DNA of 64,000 nucleotides from Eledone cirrhosa. Its lineage: Eukaryota. The notes under the pieces were generated by a model. It ran no database searches, had not been told where the DNA came from, and saw nothing but the letters and a program-made list of their open reading frames with translations. The stretch covers positions 193,936,001 through 194,000,000 of the forward strand of contig OZ024742.1 of assembly GCA_964016885.1 (NCBI GenBank). The letters run 5' to 3'. Position 1 is the first letter of the stretch. Each line of letters starts with the position of its first letter. Made by a program: the position numbers and the translations under genes. Below are positions 11,550-24,229 of this stretch, in pieces.

Positions 11550-12640
11550 TACAAATATAAATTAGCGAGAATCGTACTTCAGCTCAGGAATTAACGAAAA
11601 TCAACGTCCGATATGTGTGGCAAGCGCTCGATGATTCATGTGAACCAGAGCTACAACATACGTTAAGGGCCAAACACACTGAGATGATGGTTAAACATAT
11701 CATCCGCACAACCAAAACAAACGACCAAGTAATTCGGGTCAAACAATAACAATATATGTGTTGATACTTTCCCGGACCCTGGACTGATGGTAAAATCCAG
11801 TATTGGTTTCTGCGACTCCAAAATCAGGTACTGTCCGCCTACATAAAGAATGTTGGGCTTCTGGTGAGATGATGAACAAGGAAGTGATGTTATCAACGGG
11901 TTTTGCTCCAAAATGCTATAGATAGTGTGGCTATTACTGATCCCTCGTGGGTTTCAGCAAGGGAGGCAACACCTCTATTAGGCGAATGATTCAGTTGCGT
12001 ATAATATTGCGAGAATGCAAAATATCACACATCGTATAAAGCTCTCGATAGAATGGTTAAATATAACAGTGCTATTCAACAGTCAATAGAAGTAACTAAA
12101 AAAATCAATAAAATTAACTGCTCAATAGCTAGACTCTGGAGATTAATACAAATAAAAATTAGCGAGAATCGTATTTCAGCTCAGGAATTAACGAAAATCA
12201 ACGTCAGATATGTGTGGCAAGCGCTCGATGATTCATGTGAATCAGAGCTACAACATACGTTAAGGGCCAAACACACTGAGATGATGGTTAAACATATCAT
12301 CCGCATAGCCAAAACAAACGACCAAGTAATTCGGGTCAAACAATAAAAATATATGTGTTGATACTTTCCCGGACCCTGGACTGATGGTAAAATCCAGTAT
12401 TGGTTTCTGCGACTCCAAAATCTGGTACTGTCCGCCTACATAAAGAATGTTGGGCTTCTAGTGAGATGATGAACACGGAAGTGGTGTTATAAACGGATTT
12501 TGCTCCAAAATGCTATAGATTGTGTGGCTATTACTGACCCCTCGTGGGTTTCAGCAAGGGAGGCAACACCTCTATTAGGCGAATGATTCAGTTGCGTATA
12601 ATATTGCGAGAATGCAAAATATCACAAATCGAATAAAGCT
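11550..12640 (+). repeat. Direct tandem duplication of about 495 bp (11550-12043 and 12147-12640; period 597 bp)
   Basis: Both copies begin tacaaat.aaattagcgagaatcgta and end gcaaaatatcaca..ataaagct, with only scattered substitutions. Confidence 0.95.
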
Positions 12641-12649
12641 ATGAGCAAA

Positions 12650-13543
12650 GGGATATTTAATTTATTGGTAATTCAACAAATATATATATTTATAACTGAT
12701 TCGAAGCACTAGACATTTTTTCTTGAGTATAATATAAATGATATTAATAAATGGAAACTATATTTATAAAATCTAAAATCCTATTTATTTTATTATATAT
12801 GTTTCAAGGGTACCAACACTTTGGTACACTCTCATTAGATAAAATACAAAGTTTGTTTTATAAATATTGACATATCCAGGAACGTGATCTTAACGGTTCA
12901 AGTTTTTCCTGGATAGTAAAAGGTAGATGGGGAAAGAGAGAAAAAATCAAATATTTCAAATTATTAAGATGAATATGCAAATGAGGTTGAGGTATAGGGC
13001 GAAAAAAAAAACGTTATTTTTAGACGCTAGGTAGATTTAAATAATTATTAGGATATATATATATATGTTAGGATATATATATATATATGTATGTGTACAA
13101 ATATTTGTTTAAATTCTGGAATCATTTTCCACCATTCCTAGAAACTGTTTATTCTTAACATTTCAATCGTTTTAAATTCACGTAAATACAAGTTTTTCTT
13201 TCTTTTTCTTTCTTCTTCCACACATACATATATATATGTAATAATTATTTAAATCTACCTAGCGTCTAACAATAACGCTTTTTCAGCTCTATACCTCAAC
13301 CTCATTTGCATATTCATCTTAATAATTTGAAATATTTGATTTTTCCTCTCTTTCCCCTTTTCCCTTTTACTATCCAGGAAAAACTTGAACCGTTACAATC
13401 TCATTCCTGAATATGTCAATATTTATACAACAAACTTTGTATTTTATCTGATGAGAGCGTACCAAAGATTTGGTACCATTGAAATATATATAATAGACTA
13501 AATATGGATTCATAAGTATAGTTTCCATTTATTAATATCATTG
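12650..13543. mobile_element. Non-coding fold-back element A: inverted pLTR arms, each with a hammerhead motif
   Basis: 12739-13050 is the reverse complement of 13239-13543. Hammerhead on plus at 13441-13498. The minus-strand copy at about 12788-12845 has CTAATGA (core mutation). Confidence 0.85.
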
Positions 13544-14018
13544 ATATATATATATTGACCATTATGCACCAGATTTCTCGATACTTGTGTTAGAAGAGTA
13601 TGGTTATTTCATAAGGATTAAGGACACCTACGACTAAGATCTTGTCATTTCAAGCGATTGTTCCGGACTTATATATGTATATATATATACATTAGTAGCA
13701 GTATATAAATGAAGTGGGTATATATATGTGTGTGTGCGTGATTGGCATATAAATATATATATATATATATAGACACACAAATATGCACATATATTCATAT
13801 TATATATACATGCATACAGGTACATATATAAATGTGTATATATGTATTTATGTGTAATGAATATTTCAGAATACAACTTATCATTGTAATATATATACAT
13901 ATAATTGTACAGAATACGATGGAAGAAAATTATCTCATATTTAATACATTATTTCTACACTTTAACAAGTGTAAATCATTTTAGTTGCGATAATTTTCGT
14001 TTTGTAATGTAAATAAAC

Positions 14019-14055
<37 letters not shown>

Positions 14056-14068
14056 GGGGGGGGGGGGC

Positions 14069-14130
<62 letters not shown>

Positions 14131-14249
14131 TGTGTGTGTGTGTGCATTATTTTACTTACATATGTATGTGTATAGATATATGTTTATATATATATATATA
14201 CTGACGAAGGACTAATTTTATCATATGTAACCCACGCAGTATTCTTCTC

Positions 14250-14302
<53 letters not shown>

Positions 14303-14303
<1 letters not shown>

Positions 14304-14680
14304 TAGGTAGAAGGGGTATTTAATTTGTTGGAGCTCCGACAAATATAAATGTGTATAACTGATTTAGAGCACTCAACAGTTTACTGGAGTAAATATTCAA
14401 TGATATTAAATAAATGGAAACTATATTTGCAAAACCATATTTATTATATATATATTTCAAGGGTACAAAGAAACATTGGTACGCTTTCATCAGATAAAAT
14501 ACAAAGTTTGTTTTATAAATAGAGACATACCCGTGAAATCATACCTTATCGGTTGGATATAAAACAAACTTTGTATTTTATCTGATGAAAGCGTACCAAT
14601 GTGTCTTGGTACCCTTGAAATATATATAATAAAATAAATATGGTTTTATAAATATAGTTTCCATTTATTTAATATCACTG
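14303..14680. mobile_element. Non-coding fold-back element B (same family as A), hammerheads at about 14441-14500 (-) and 14575-14635 (+)
   Basis: Arms about 14399-14517 and 14558-14678. attttat-CTGATGA-AAGCGTACCAA tgtgtc TTGGTACCCTT-GAAA-TATATATA-ataaaat. Flanked by (TA)n. Confidence 0.88.
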
Positions 14681-14807
14681 TATATATATATATACATAGC
14701 TATATATGTATATATACACACGTATATATAAATACACACACATATATATGCATACATATATATATACACACACACACATATGTATATATATATTAATACA
14801 GACACAC

Positions 14808-14852
<45 letters not shown>

Positions 14853-14983
14853 ATAATAATAAGTGAGAAGACTAAAATCCAAAGGGGGCTCGATAAGGAT
14901 AAATATATATCAAATATAAGAATGCTAGTGCATTATATATATCTCTATATATAAATATATAGCTATGTATACATATATAAACA

Positions 14984-15036
<53 letters not shown>

Positions 15037-15597
15037 GGGAGAGACAACTCGATGTCGATACTTTAGAATGAGCATCACGGACGCGATATTTAAGTCCTGC
15101 AAGGGACAAAGGCGCTGAAGAGTGACCTGGTTGCCCATTGATGCAAAACTGAGTTTGTTGCTGCTGCTCATATTTTTCCTTCGCCTGATACTGTGGATTC
15201 ATCCGAGATCTTAGTAAGTAGAATGTCGAAATGTCTCCTAAAAACCTCTACATGCTCACCATGTAGCTCTGAGTGTGTTTGTGTATTCGCTGTTCATAAG
15301 ACCCAGGACTTATTCCCAACCAACCAGTTTAACTTCTCCTCCCTGCCCCTGCTTAATTTACATACATGTCCTGCTCCTCGTGTCCCTCCCTCTCAATCGA
15401 TATGTTTTCTGCGTCTTTTTCTCTTTTTCTTCTCTTCTGTTTAATTTATTTTCTCTTTTTTTTTCTCTCCCCAATAACTTAGAAAGTTATTGACGTGCTG
15501 GGGATAGACGTATTGTCTTTAATGCGTCGAAATACCTGAGACTCCCAGTAGACAAGACCCGCAGGGTCCTGTATCTTGTTTGTGCTTTCCTTTCATT

Positions 15598-15600
<3 letters not shown>

Positions 15601-15683
<83 letters not shown>

Positions 15684-15717
15684 TCATTCTCTCTCTCTCT
15701 CTATCTCTCTCTCTCTA

Positions 15718-15770
<53 letters not shown>
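15601..15770. repeat. (CT)n-(TA)n compound microsatellite
   Basis: Directly visible. Confidence 0.95.
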
Positions 15771-15774
<4 letters not shown>

Positions 15775-16352
15775 TAAAACATGTCTATAGAATCACCAGA
15801 TAAAATATATACCATTTCCTCTCCCAATTAGCATAATTAACTATATAAAAATCGAATAGACTAGGCTATAAGAATAAGGCTTCTATGAAGAAATCTCCAA
15901 CAAATAACCGAAACTAGCCCTTCGCGTCGGCCGCGATTCTTAGCCATTTTTGAATTAATTCTTGGCGCGATCACTTTGGAAAGTTTAATGTCTGGATCGG
16001 AGCAAATCTCCTGATGAGTCCGATGCTCGAGTTCCAAAGTTATTGGAAATCTCAAAATGCGGTCGAAACCATGGTAGAGGTCTTTAAATGTATTCTATTT
16101 TCTCCTAGTTTATTTTACACCTAATTCTGTTTAATTGACTGTATCTGGGCGATTACGCTGTCGAAATACTCGACAAATATTCCGTCGCGGCCGACGCGAA
16201 GGGCTAGTTTCGGTTATTTTTTGGAGATTTCTTCATAGAAGCCTTATTCTTATAGCCTGGTCTATTCGATTTTTTATATAGTTAATTATGCAAATTGGGA
16301 GAGGAATGGTATATATTTTATCTGGTGATTCTATAGACATGTTTTATGATAT
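15769..16352. mobile_element. Fold-back element D: about 168 bp inverted repeats flanking one hammerhead ribozyme
   Basis: 15769-15936 is the reverse complement of 16185-16352. Both ends run into TA. Confidence 0.85.
16006..16081 (+). ncRNA. Type I hammerhead ribozyme with extended stem II
   Basis: atctc-CTGATGA-GTCCG..ttccaa agtta ttggaa..CGGTC-GAAA-CCATGG-TA-gaggt. Palindromic stem III ACCATGGT and a GUA cleavage triplet. Confidence 0.8.
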
Positions 16353-16617
16353 ATAGCTTTGATTATTTAATTTATTAACTTTTCATTGAGCCACAAAGTG
16401 ACCCGTTGCAAAACACGTATATGTATGTATGTATATATATATGTAAACTTTTATATATATATTATATATATATATATATATATTAGCGTTATACTAATAT
16501 ATTCCCTCCATATACTGTACCAATTGTTTTGTTATTTCTGTTTACCTTTTACATGCATACATATATATAAACATATATATATATATATATATATACTTAC
16601 GACTTGTTTCGACACGA

Positions 16618-17015
16618 AAAGCTCCTACTCTCTCCAAAGCCGCCATATTATCTGCATGATGTGGAAAATGTTCCATCAGCATTTCCCTAACGGTTATATC
16701 TCAATCTTCAAAATCGACGCTAACCTTGGACCTCATGCTATCACTTTATAACAATAGTAAAACTCGCATCTCATAAAATTATAGAACAATTATTTAACCT
16801 CAACTGGTCCTGCTCTCTTTTATATTACACGAAAATACATTAAAAAGGAGCAGATCCCATAAAACTCCTCCAAGAAATCACAGATAAACATCCTACCCCC
16901 AGATATATCTCCGAAAACCACAACTGCTTCATTGGGCCATTTTGTCCAAATCCTGATTTAACAGGCTTCGCCATCTGGTGATATTATACTATACCCGGCG
17001 TTGGGCGAAACCTAT
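16618..17015 (+). mobile_element. CR1-group LINE 3' fragment, same family as 1-960
   Basis: Aligns by eye with about 570-950 (tactctctccaa..atctgcat..aaaatgttccatcagcatt..gggcgaaacctatca). Confidence 0.75.
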
Positions 17016-17205
17016 CATATTTATATTTATACACACACACTCACGCACACACAAACGGATATATAAATACACACACATATACATATGCATACATATATAT
17101 ATACACACACATATGTATATATATGAATACAAACACACATAAAATATATATATATAAAATAATATAAAATAATAAGTCAAATGTTTAAAATTTAGCTTAT
17201 TTATT

Positions 17206-17260
17206 ACTGCTATATATATTTCAGTGACAGCCATCTTTGGCTGTGACCTCTTCAGGCAGT
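17206..17260 (-). ncRNA. Minimal type I hammerhead ribozyme
   Basis: actgc-CTGAAGA-GGTCACAGCCA aaga TGGCTGTCACT-GAAA-TATATATA-gcagt. Perfect 5 bp stem I. Confidence 0.82.
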
Positions 17261-17351
17261 CCGAATTAGTGTGGTATAGACAAGTACATATGTTGTTGTG
17301 GTGTATAACTTTGTCAATACTCTGATATGGCCAGTTCCTGGTTGGGTTGTT

Positions 17352-17450
17352 ATTTCACTGAGGAAATGCCCTATTTATTTACCACGCTAAAAATTCTAAT
17401 TTTGTTCAGAAATAGCCGTCGAAACGGCTTCATCTCTGCCGTCGGGGTTA
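17352..17450 (+). ncRNA. Degenerate hammerhead with long loop II (GCCGTC family)
   Basis: CTGAGGA-aatgccctattt..aaatagccgtc-GAAA-CGGC ttcatctct GCCG-TC-ggggtt. Stem I is decayed. Confidence 0.55.
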
Positions 17451-17457
17451 AACATTT

Positions 17458-17549
<92 letters not shown>

Positions 17550-18124
17550 AGAGAATTGTCTCCTCTAGTATCATTCCTAATATGGAAATATATGTAAACG
17601 TATACAACAGACCTAAACGCACGGAACAAATTACAATTATCCAGCTACATATATTTATATTTACATATCTACTGTCTGTATCTGTGATTATGGGCGTGTC
17701 GAAACATCGAAACATTCGCTCGTATTGTTACACTTTAAATGCGTTTTAAAAAAAAGTTATTTGCTCGCTGTTGGTAATTCCATCGTGTTTTGCTAAGCTG
17801 GTGTGTTTTCCCTTCTAACGTGTCTCTTCCGTTCTTTTGTATAATTGTTGTCAATATTTGTTTTACGAGAAGGTTAGGAATTTATAGCAAATATTAAAAA
17901 TCAATATTTCTATTAGATTTGATGCCGCTGGAATTGCTGGAACGATGGAGAAATGTTGAATACTCCGTCAATTTCGACGATGAGTGTAATAAACTGAATG
18001 TCAATAACACGTATTAACGTATAAATAATTGACGATTCCAAAAATGTATAAATTAGAGGTACATACAACTATCAAATTTCAATCGTAACAATTGTATGGA
18101 GCTGACGTAAGTGTAATGGAACAT

Positions 18125-18205
18125 TCCCCAGTTGCCACGCAGAAGGATCGAACCCGGAACCCCATAATTGTGAAGCGAACTTATTAACACTCATTCATGC
18201 CTGTG
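18125..18205 (-). mobile_element. tRNA-derived SINE head fragment
   Basis: The minus strand reads ttcgcttcacaattatggggttccgggttcgatcc (B box). Confidence 0.55.
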
Positions 18206-18554
18206 TACTATATACAGACTAAATACTTAACACTATTTACAAAATAGTTATTAAGCGTCTACATTAGTTGCACAACCAGCTAGAAATTCTAGAATATATT
18301 GATTATTTCAAAGCCAAACATTTACATTCAGAAAGGCTTGTTTTGATATTCCTGACATACAAACATCAAGTCGTAGTTTTCAGATATTTCTTCATCCTCT
18401 GATCTACAACATTATATACACATCAGCATGCATGCATATATAAACATACACATACATACACACATACATACGCACATATTCAAACAACTATTATATATAT
18501 AAATGATGAACACCCTATTCGTTTACGAATGACCATAGGATTTGCACCTAGAAA

Positions 18555-18785
18555 ATATATTTTCTGAGGAACAAGTCCGGGCCAGGTGTGTTTTTGTTTA
18601 TGGAAGACAGCAGTTGCCCATGCATACAGGTCTATCCTCTCCAAGCCACTGATGTTGTCCAAGGGAAAATCAATGGACGTAAAAAGTTGGCACCAGTGAC
18701 GTTACAACTCAGTTCTACAGCTGTGTGAACTAGAGAAATGTGAAATAAAGTAACTTACTCACGGATACACTATGCCGCCTGTTCT
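18555..18785 (-). mobile_element. SINE body fragment
   Basis: gacagcagttgcccatgcat..ttggcaccagtgacgttacaactca..gaaatgtgaaataaagtaacttactca. The tail motif is shared with 25200-25230. Confidence 0.5.
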
Positions 18786-20057
18786 ACTAATCAACATCAA
18801 AGGGTTAATTCACATGCTTTCTATGATGTTTAACTAAGAATGTAATATTGCTTAAAATATAGTAACATCATTATTAATTATATATTTTTTATTTATTATT
18901 CAACTCTTCGACAAAACCGATGATACGTATCATCGATTTAATGTCAACATTAAATGCGGTGGGATATGGATTATATAATATAATAGAATATAATAAAAAT
19001 TATAAACATTTCCACCATTAAATACTTCCGCTCTTTAAATATATTAAAACAATAATCAAGTAACATGATACAAATAGGAATTTATTGAGATGGATATCTC
19101 TCGGAAATATGGGTTAACGTATTGTCGTATTCACCATCTTGAGGCCAGATTAACTAAAAATTAACCTGCGTGGATGAAAATGCCATGTATTACCAAATTT
19201 ACGTTGAGTGTTGCATTGTTTGAAAAATAGTTAATGGCCATCAATATATATATTTGTATTAAAAGAAAAGAATTATTCAATAACAAATGTATTAAAATAT
19301 CGAAAATCTTCGACAATGAAAATATTTACATTTTTTTAATGCGTCTTTAATATATTTTGATAGATAAGGTTAATGAAAGTAAACCAATGGGAAACGTGTT
19401 CACCACAACTCCAACCGTTGATGTGTCATTTGTTACGACACAAATCCCTGGGTTTATAGAACATAGATCATTTACAGTAGGTTTCACTAACTGGAACATT
19501 TCAGAATTATGGGTGTAGGCTTTTTGACTACAATCAACGTGTAGTATTATATTATTAAATACAAATTGCGAGACGTTTAGGTAGGAAATTTATAAAGGGA
19601 ATCACAAGTTCTTTTCAAATGATGTGTGCATTAGTCTCTACAATTGATAAAAAGGGTGAGAGGAAAATATAATAAATAAAAGGGGTAAAGGGTGAGGAAC
19701 CATGCACATTTTTTGTCTGTTGAGAACATCGCTACAGAGAACCGTTTGTGATACAAATGCAAGTGATTCCACCTCAAAGAGATACTTCCCGGGCGAGATG
19801 CTCTTCTCCAGATTGTGTGATAGAAAACGGCTACGACAACTGTACTAGCATAAATATGTACACACACAGAAATGTGCATGTATATATGTGGGGTCTTTAT
19901 CCAATTGTGTTTACATTTAATTTCTTTAGCGCAGTTTTCTAAATTTTCCATAAACTTTATAATTACTCAGCGCTTAGAATGTTCGAACTTTGCGTATCAT
20001 TTTTACATTCAAAGAAATTTGTTTGATTTAGCATCCTAATTTAAGCATATATTGTCA

Positions 20058-20135
20058 GTGACCGTTTAGCTCTGTGGTTAAAGTAGTCAACCGCTCTCTT
20101 AAAGAAATGAGGTTCGATTCCTCGTAGTGACCCCT
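20058..20135 (+). mobile_element. tRNA-like SINE head or pseudo-tRNA
   Basis: A-box-like tagctctgtggt and B-box ggttcgattcc. No intact cloverleaf. Confidence 0.55.
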
Positions 20136-20946
20136 CGCCACTTCATTTCGACTATAATGATCTTTACCCGTTTACTAAACTAGATATAGCAATCCATTGT
20201 GCTTCCATTTATTTTTGCGTTTGAGTTTCTTACATTTGCTATGAACTTTAGAACCGCTCAGCGCTTTGGAAATTCGAGATTTTATATAATGTGTGTGAGT
20301 ACACGTGTGTGTGTTTGTGTGCATTTACCTCGATAGATGGATGGACAGATAGACAGAACGAAAGAAAATGTTCGAGAGCAAGGTGGAGAAAGAAACTGAG
20401 AAGTCTGGTTAATTCTGTTCCCATTTAGCAACCCTTCATTATTCTAGCCTCTTGATTTAATGACCTTCCATTTGGGACCCCCTTCACAAAATTCAAACAC
20501 AAAAGACGAACAAATCATTGCCACCTGGTCGTAGAGTGAAATATTGTTCATCTAAATCTTAATTCCAATTCACACTTATGTTCAAACGATCTTTGAAACA
20601 TTTATAAGCACTTCTATATTTCTATTGCAGACATACATTATACATATCAATGACAATTGCCTGAAAGCATCGTAAGTCCACCTCCATAGAATATCTCGAA
20701 ATTCCATGCCAACGCAATTTGACGTATGTCGTTAAAATTTCTAATCGAATCCCGTGAAAGTGAAGCGGAATCTTAATATTATTTTACAAGTTGAAACCTC
20801 TACAGCCAACATGCCACAGCGATAACTTTCAACGCATTAATAGGTATTTTATCGATAATATTGTTTATCGAAAAACTAAGTTTACACGAGCATAACAGAA
20901 ATGGCGCTTGCAATAAATTTATGTTATGTGTATATGCGCAGGTAAT

Positions 20947-21408
<462 letters not shown>

Positions 21409-21869
21409 TAAGAGAAAGTGAGAGGGGGAGTAAAATGAAAGTAAACAAATCTTACAATGTATCGAGGGGGTTTGTATTTCAACATTTCCATTTCCAAATG
21501 ACACAAACGCCTCGATAAATAGTAAGATTTGTTTACATCCTATTCTACTCGCTGAGGCTATTGTATAAAGTCCCTAATATGAACAAAAAATGATGTCAGC
21601 GACCATTCGGCCTAAAGGTCAATGCAATTGGGCGGAATGCAAAAGATACAGAGCTTGATCCTTTATTGTGGCTGCTGGACACCTATGTGATTTCTATGGG
21701 TATTTCATTTTATAATCCTATCATCATTGTAGCAACTGTGTAATTGGAGTAGTAAATCTCATTATATATATATATATATATATAGTATTAGTTATACTAT
21801 TTATGGTTATGTATTGGTATGTCTCTCGGCTGAAGAGGAGGTCATATAACTGTCCATGCATTAATAAAT

Positions 21870-21916
21870 TGCTCCGAAGAATCCAAACCTCGGTTTGGAG
21901 GAAACAGCTGTAAGCA
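21870..21916 (+). ncRNA. Degenerate minimal hammerhead ribozyme in a (TA)n-flanked pLTR remnant
   Basis: tgct-CCGAAGA-A-TCCAAAC ctcg GTTTGGA-G-GAAA-CAGCTG-TA-agca. Palindromic stem III ACAGCTGT. Confidence 0.65.
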
Positions 21917-21975
21917 CAATAATGTTTTGAACAGTTCTTTGATTCTTATATTTGATATATATATATATATAAATA

Positions 21976-22010
<35 letters not shown>

Positions 22011-22084
22011 CTGTGTGTGTGTGTATGTATGCGTGGCGTATGTGTGTGTATGTGTATGTGTGTGTGTATGCATTTATCTATGTA

Positions 22085-22305
22085 TGTAAAAGGTAAACAG
22101 AAATAACAACACAATCGGTACAGTATATAGAAGGGACATATTAGGTTAACGCTTGATATAGCAGGAAGAGGGTCTTAACGTTTAGGACGCTAATCCTTCA
22201 TCAGAAGAAAGAATGAGAAGTAAGATAGATTGAGGGGACGGTTGGAACTGGAAAAAAAATGTCTTTAGATAAAAATAACAGGTCCATACATGTTGACATC
22301 TCTTG

Positions 22306-22310
<5 letters not shown>
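22085..22310 (-). mobile_element. Solo PLE pseudo-LTR with degenerate hammerhead at 22173-22208; homologous to 33750-33970
   Basis: tctt-CTGATGA-AGGA ttagcg TCC-TAAA-CGT-TA-aga on minus. Related pieces at about 16480-16555 and 36900-37045. Confidence 0.7.
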
Positions 22311-22345
<35 letters not shown>

Positions 22346-22569
22346 GGGGATATAAGCTAGACCAATTAACATATGTCGGTTTTACTCATATGGTTCCCCA
22401 GCCCTGGTTTCTGGAATTCTAGAAACATTAAATTTCCCAGACCAATATTTGAAGACTTACAATTCCGTCATCGGGAAGAGAATTCTTTAGAATATGTGAA
22501 GTTTAAAAATTCATGCTCGGTAATGTTGTGATAATGGGCAAAATAATAATGATGAAAATAATAATAAAA

Positions 22570-22712
22570 TTAATTGTTTCTACTTTTGGCTCAAGAATGG
22601 AAGCGAAAGTCGATTAAATTATGCCAGACCACTACATTACTGGTGATTTATTTTATCGAACCCGTAAGGATGAAAGGCAAAACTAATCTTGTTGGGATTT
22701 GAACTCGGAATT
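22570..22712 (-). mobile_element. SINE (family of 7125-7290)
   Basis: Reverse complement of gagttcaaatcc..ttgcctttcatcc..tcgataaaat. Similar remnants at about 23030-23140, 31780-31925 and 32140-32205. Confidence 0.7.
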
Positions 22713-22739
22713 CCACAAAGCAAAGTTCTGCTGACTGAA

Positions 22740-22985
22740 ACATATGGTGGTAATAGCAATAATATTAGGAGTCAAGGGAACAACGAGTAAAGATCTTCAA
22801 AAGTACATTAAACATTTACAGATTGCAATACAGATGGAACAGTTAATAAAAACACATTGCTTGGAACTGCTTGAATACTCCGGAGGGTACTCGAAAATTA
22901 ACGGGTTACCTCAGTTGACTTGTAATGATAAGCTAACACTAATACATCTCCAGCGTGAGAAGCTGAACGAAGAAACAATAATAAT
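22740..22985 (+). mobile_element. R4/Dong-type RLE retrotransposon, extreme 3' fragment
   Basis: VIAIILGVKGT..KYIKHLQI..(frameshift) LLGTA.ILRRVL, ending in caataataat. Confidence 0.65.
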
Positions 22986-24229
22986 CGTTTCTTTTATTGG
23001 TTACAAGGAAAAGAAGAAACAATAATTTCTATTATAGACTCATAGGACCAGAAATTTGAGGGAAGGGAAAATCGATTAAATCGACCCGTGCTTTTTTATC
23101 GACAACGTAAGGTAGAAAGACAAAGCTAACATCGGCGAGAACACTAATATTAATGATACATTGTCCCGACTTACGGCTTAGATCAATATCCCATGATATG
23201 TAATACAGAAAATGGGTTGGTTAATTCTTAGTTATATACCACAAAAGATATGGCCGTAGAAAATATATGTTGTCTACGTTTATATCAATCCGCTTAGAGT
23301 ATGTTACACCCACCAGTTACGATATTTCCTAACCAAAATTACCATTTTCTAATGAATTCCTTGACAATGTCCATAAACGACCTTGTCAAATATTATTATG
23401 GTTGTATATTTACGATGCAGTTCATGCTTTATAGTTATTTTACATGCGTTTCGCTGTTTCTTAGTTATCCCTGTGTTATACATACTAAATCACGCTACCA
23501 TAAATCCCCAATAAAAATGTATTGTCACATTTACTTTGATCTTAACATCAAAAGACGCCTAATCTAATTATTTATACCATTAGTGAGAAAACTATTCAGA
23601 TCAGTTTATAAATCCATGTAGATGAATGCAGAAGCATGAATTTATTAAAACAAACCTTGGTGTTTTATTGGTAAATGTAACGTTGTAATTGTTATTCAGC
23701 GTGGGATTAGAATTATCACGCAAATGAATATGTTAATATTCTGCTAAATATATCATTCAACACAATACAGTTATGATTAAATTTAAGCCTATGAGTGTAT
23801 CTGTTACCCTGAGTTATTGTCCAAAATGGCATGTAGTGTTCTTATATTTCGTAAATTACTCTAGTCCAACTAAGCAAAATATGACTATATCTCGTAGTCG
23901 TAAAAAATAACGTGTCCTTACTTTAATGAATAACATGGATTGCATCATGCATAACTGGTATCAGTGGCGAGGAATCGAAATCTTTCAACAGCTTCAGATT
24001 GTAGATATATTTACCCTACTGAAATTTGAAAATATACATGGGGATTAAAAAATTCCGTTAGTTTCGAAAATAGGTGTTCCAATTTTTCGATCAATGGAAC
24101 AGGCTGATATAGGCATGTTTTATTTAGTTGAAATAAAGTAATTCATGAAGTACGAAAGCATTCCATGCAACTTTGCGCATTCTAGCAACGTGTATATTCA
24201 ACGTAATTCTCCATGAAATTTATCGTGAC

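Noticed and set aside
11869-11940. Box C (ATGATGA) and box D (CTGA) about 70 nt apart in both tandem units, snoRNA-like
   Set aside because: The terminal stem is weak and I recognise no rRNA guide complementarity. Such short motifs arise by chance.
15110-15240. CTGAAGA..GTCGAAATGTC as a long-loop hammerhead
   Set aside because: No convincing stem I or stem II pairing.
20058-20135. tRNA gene
   Set aside because: A and B boxes are present but the acceptor and anticodon stems do not pair, so it is treated as a SINE head.
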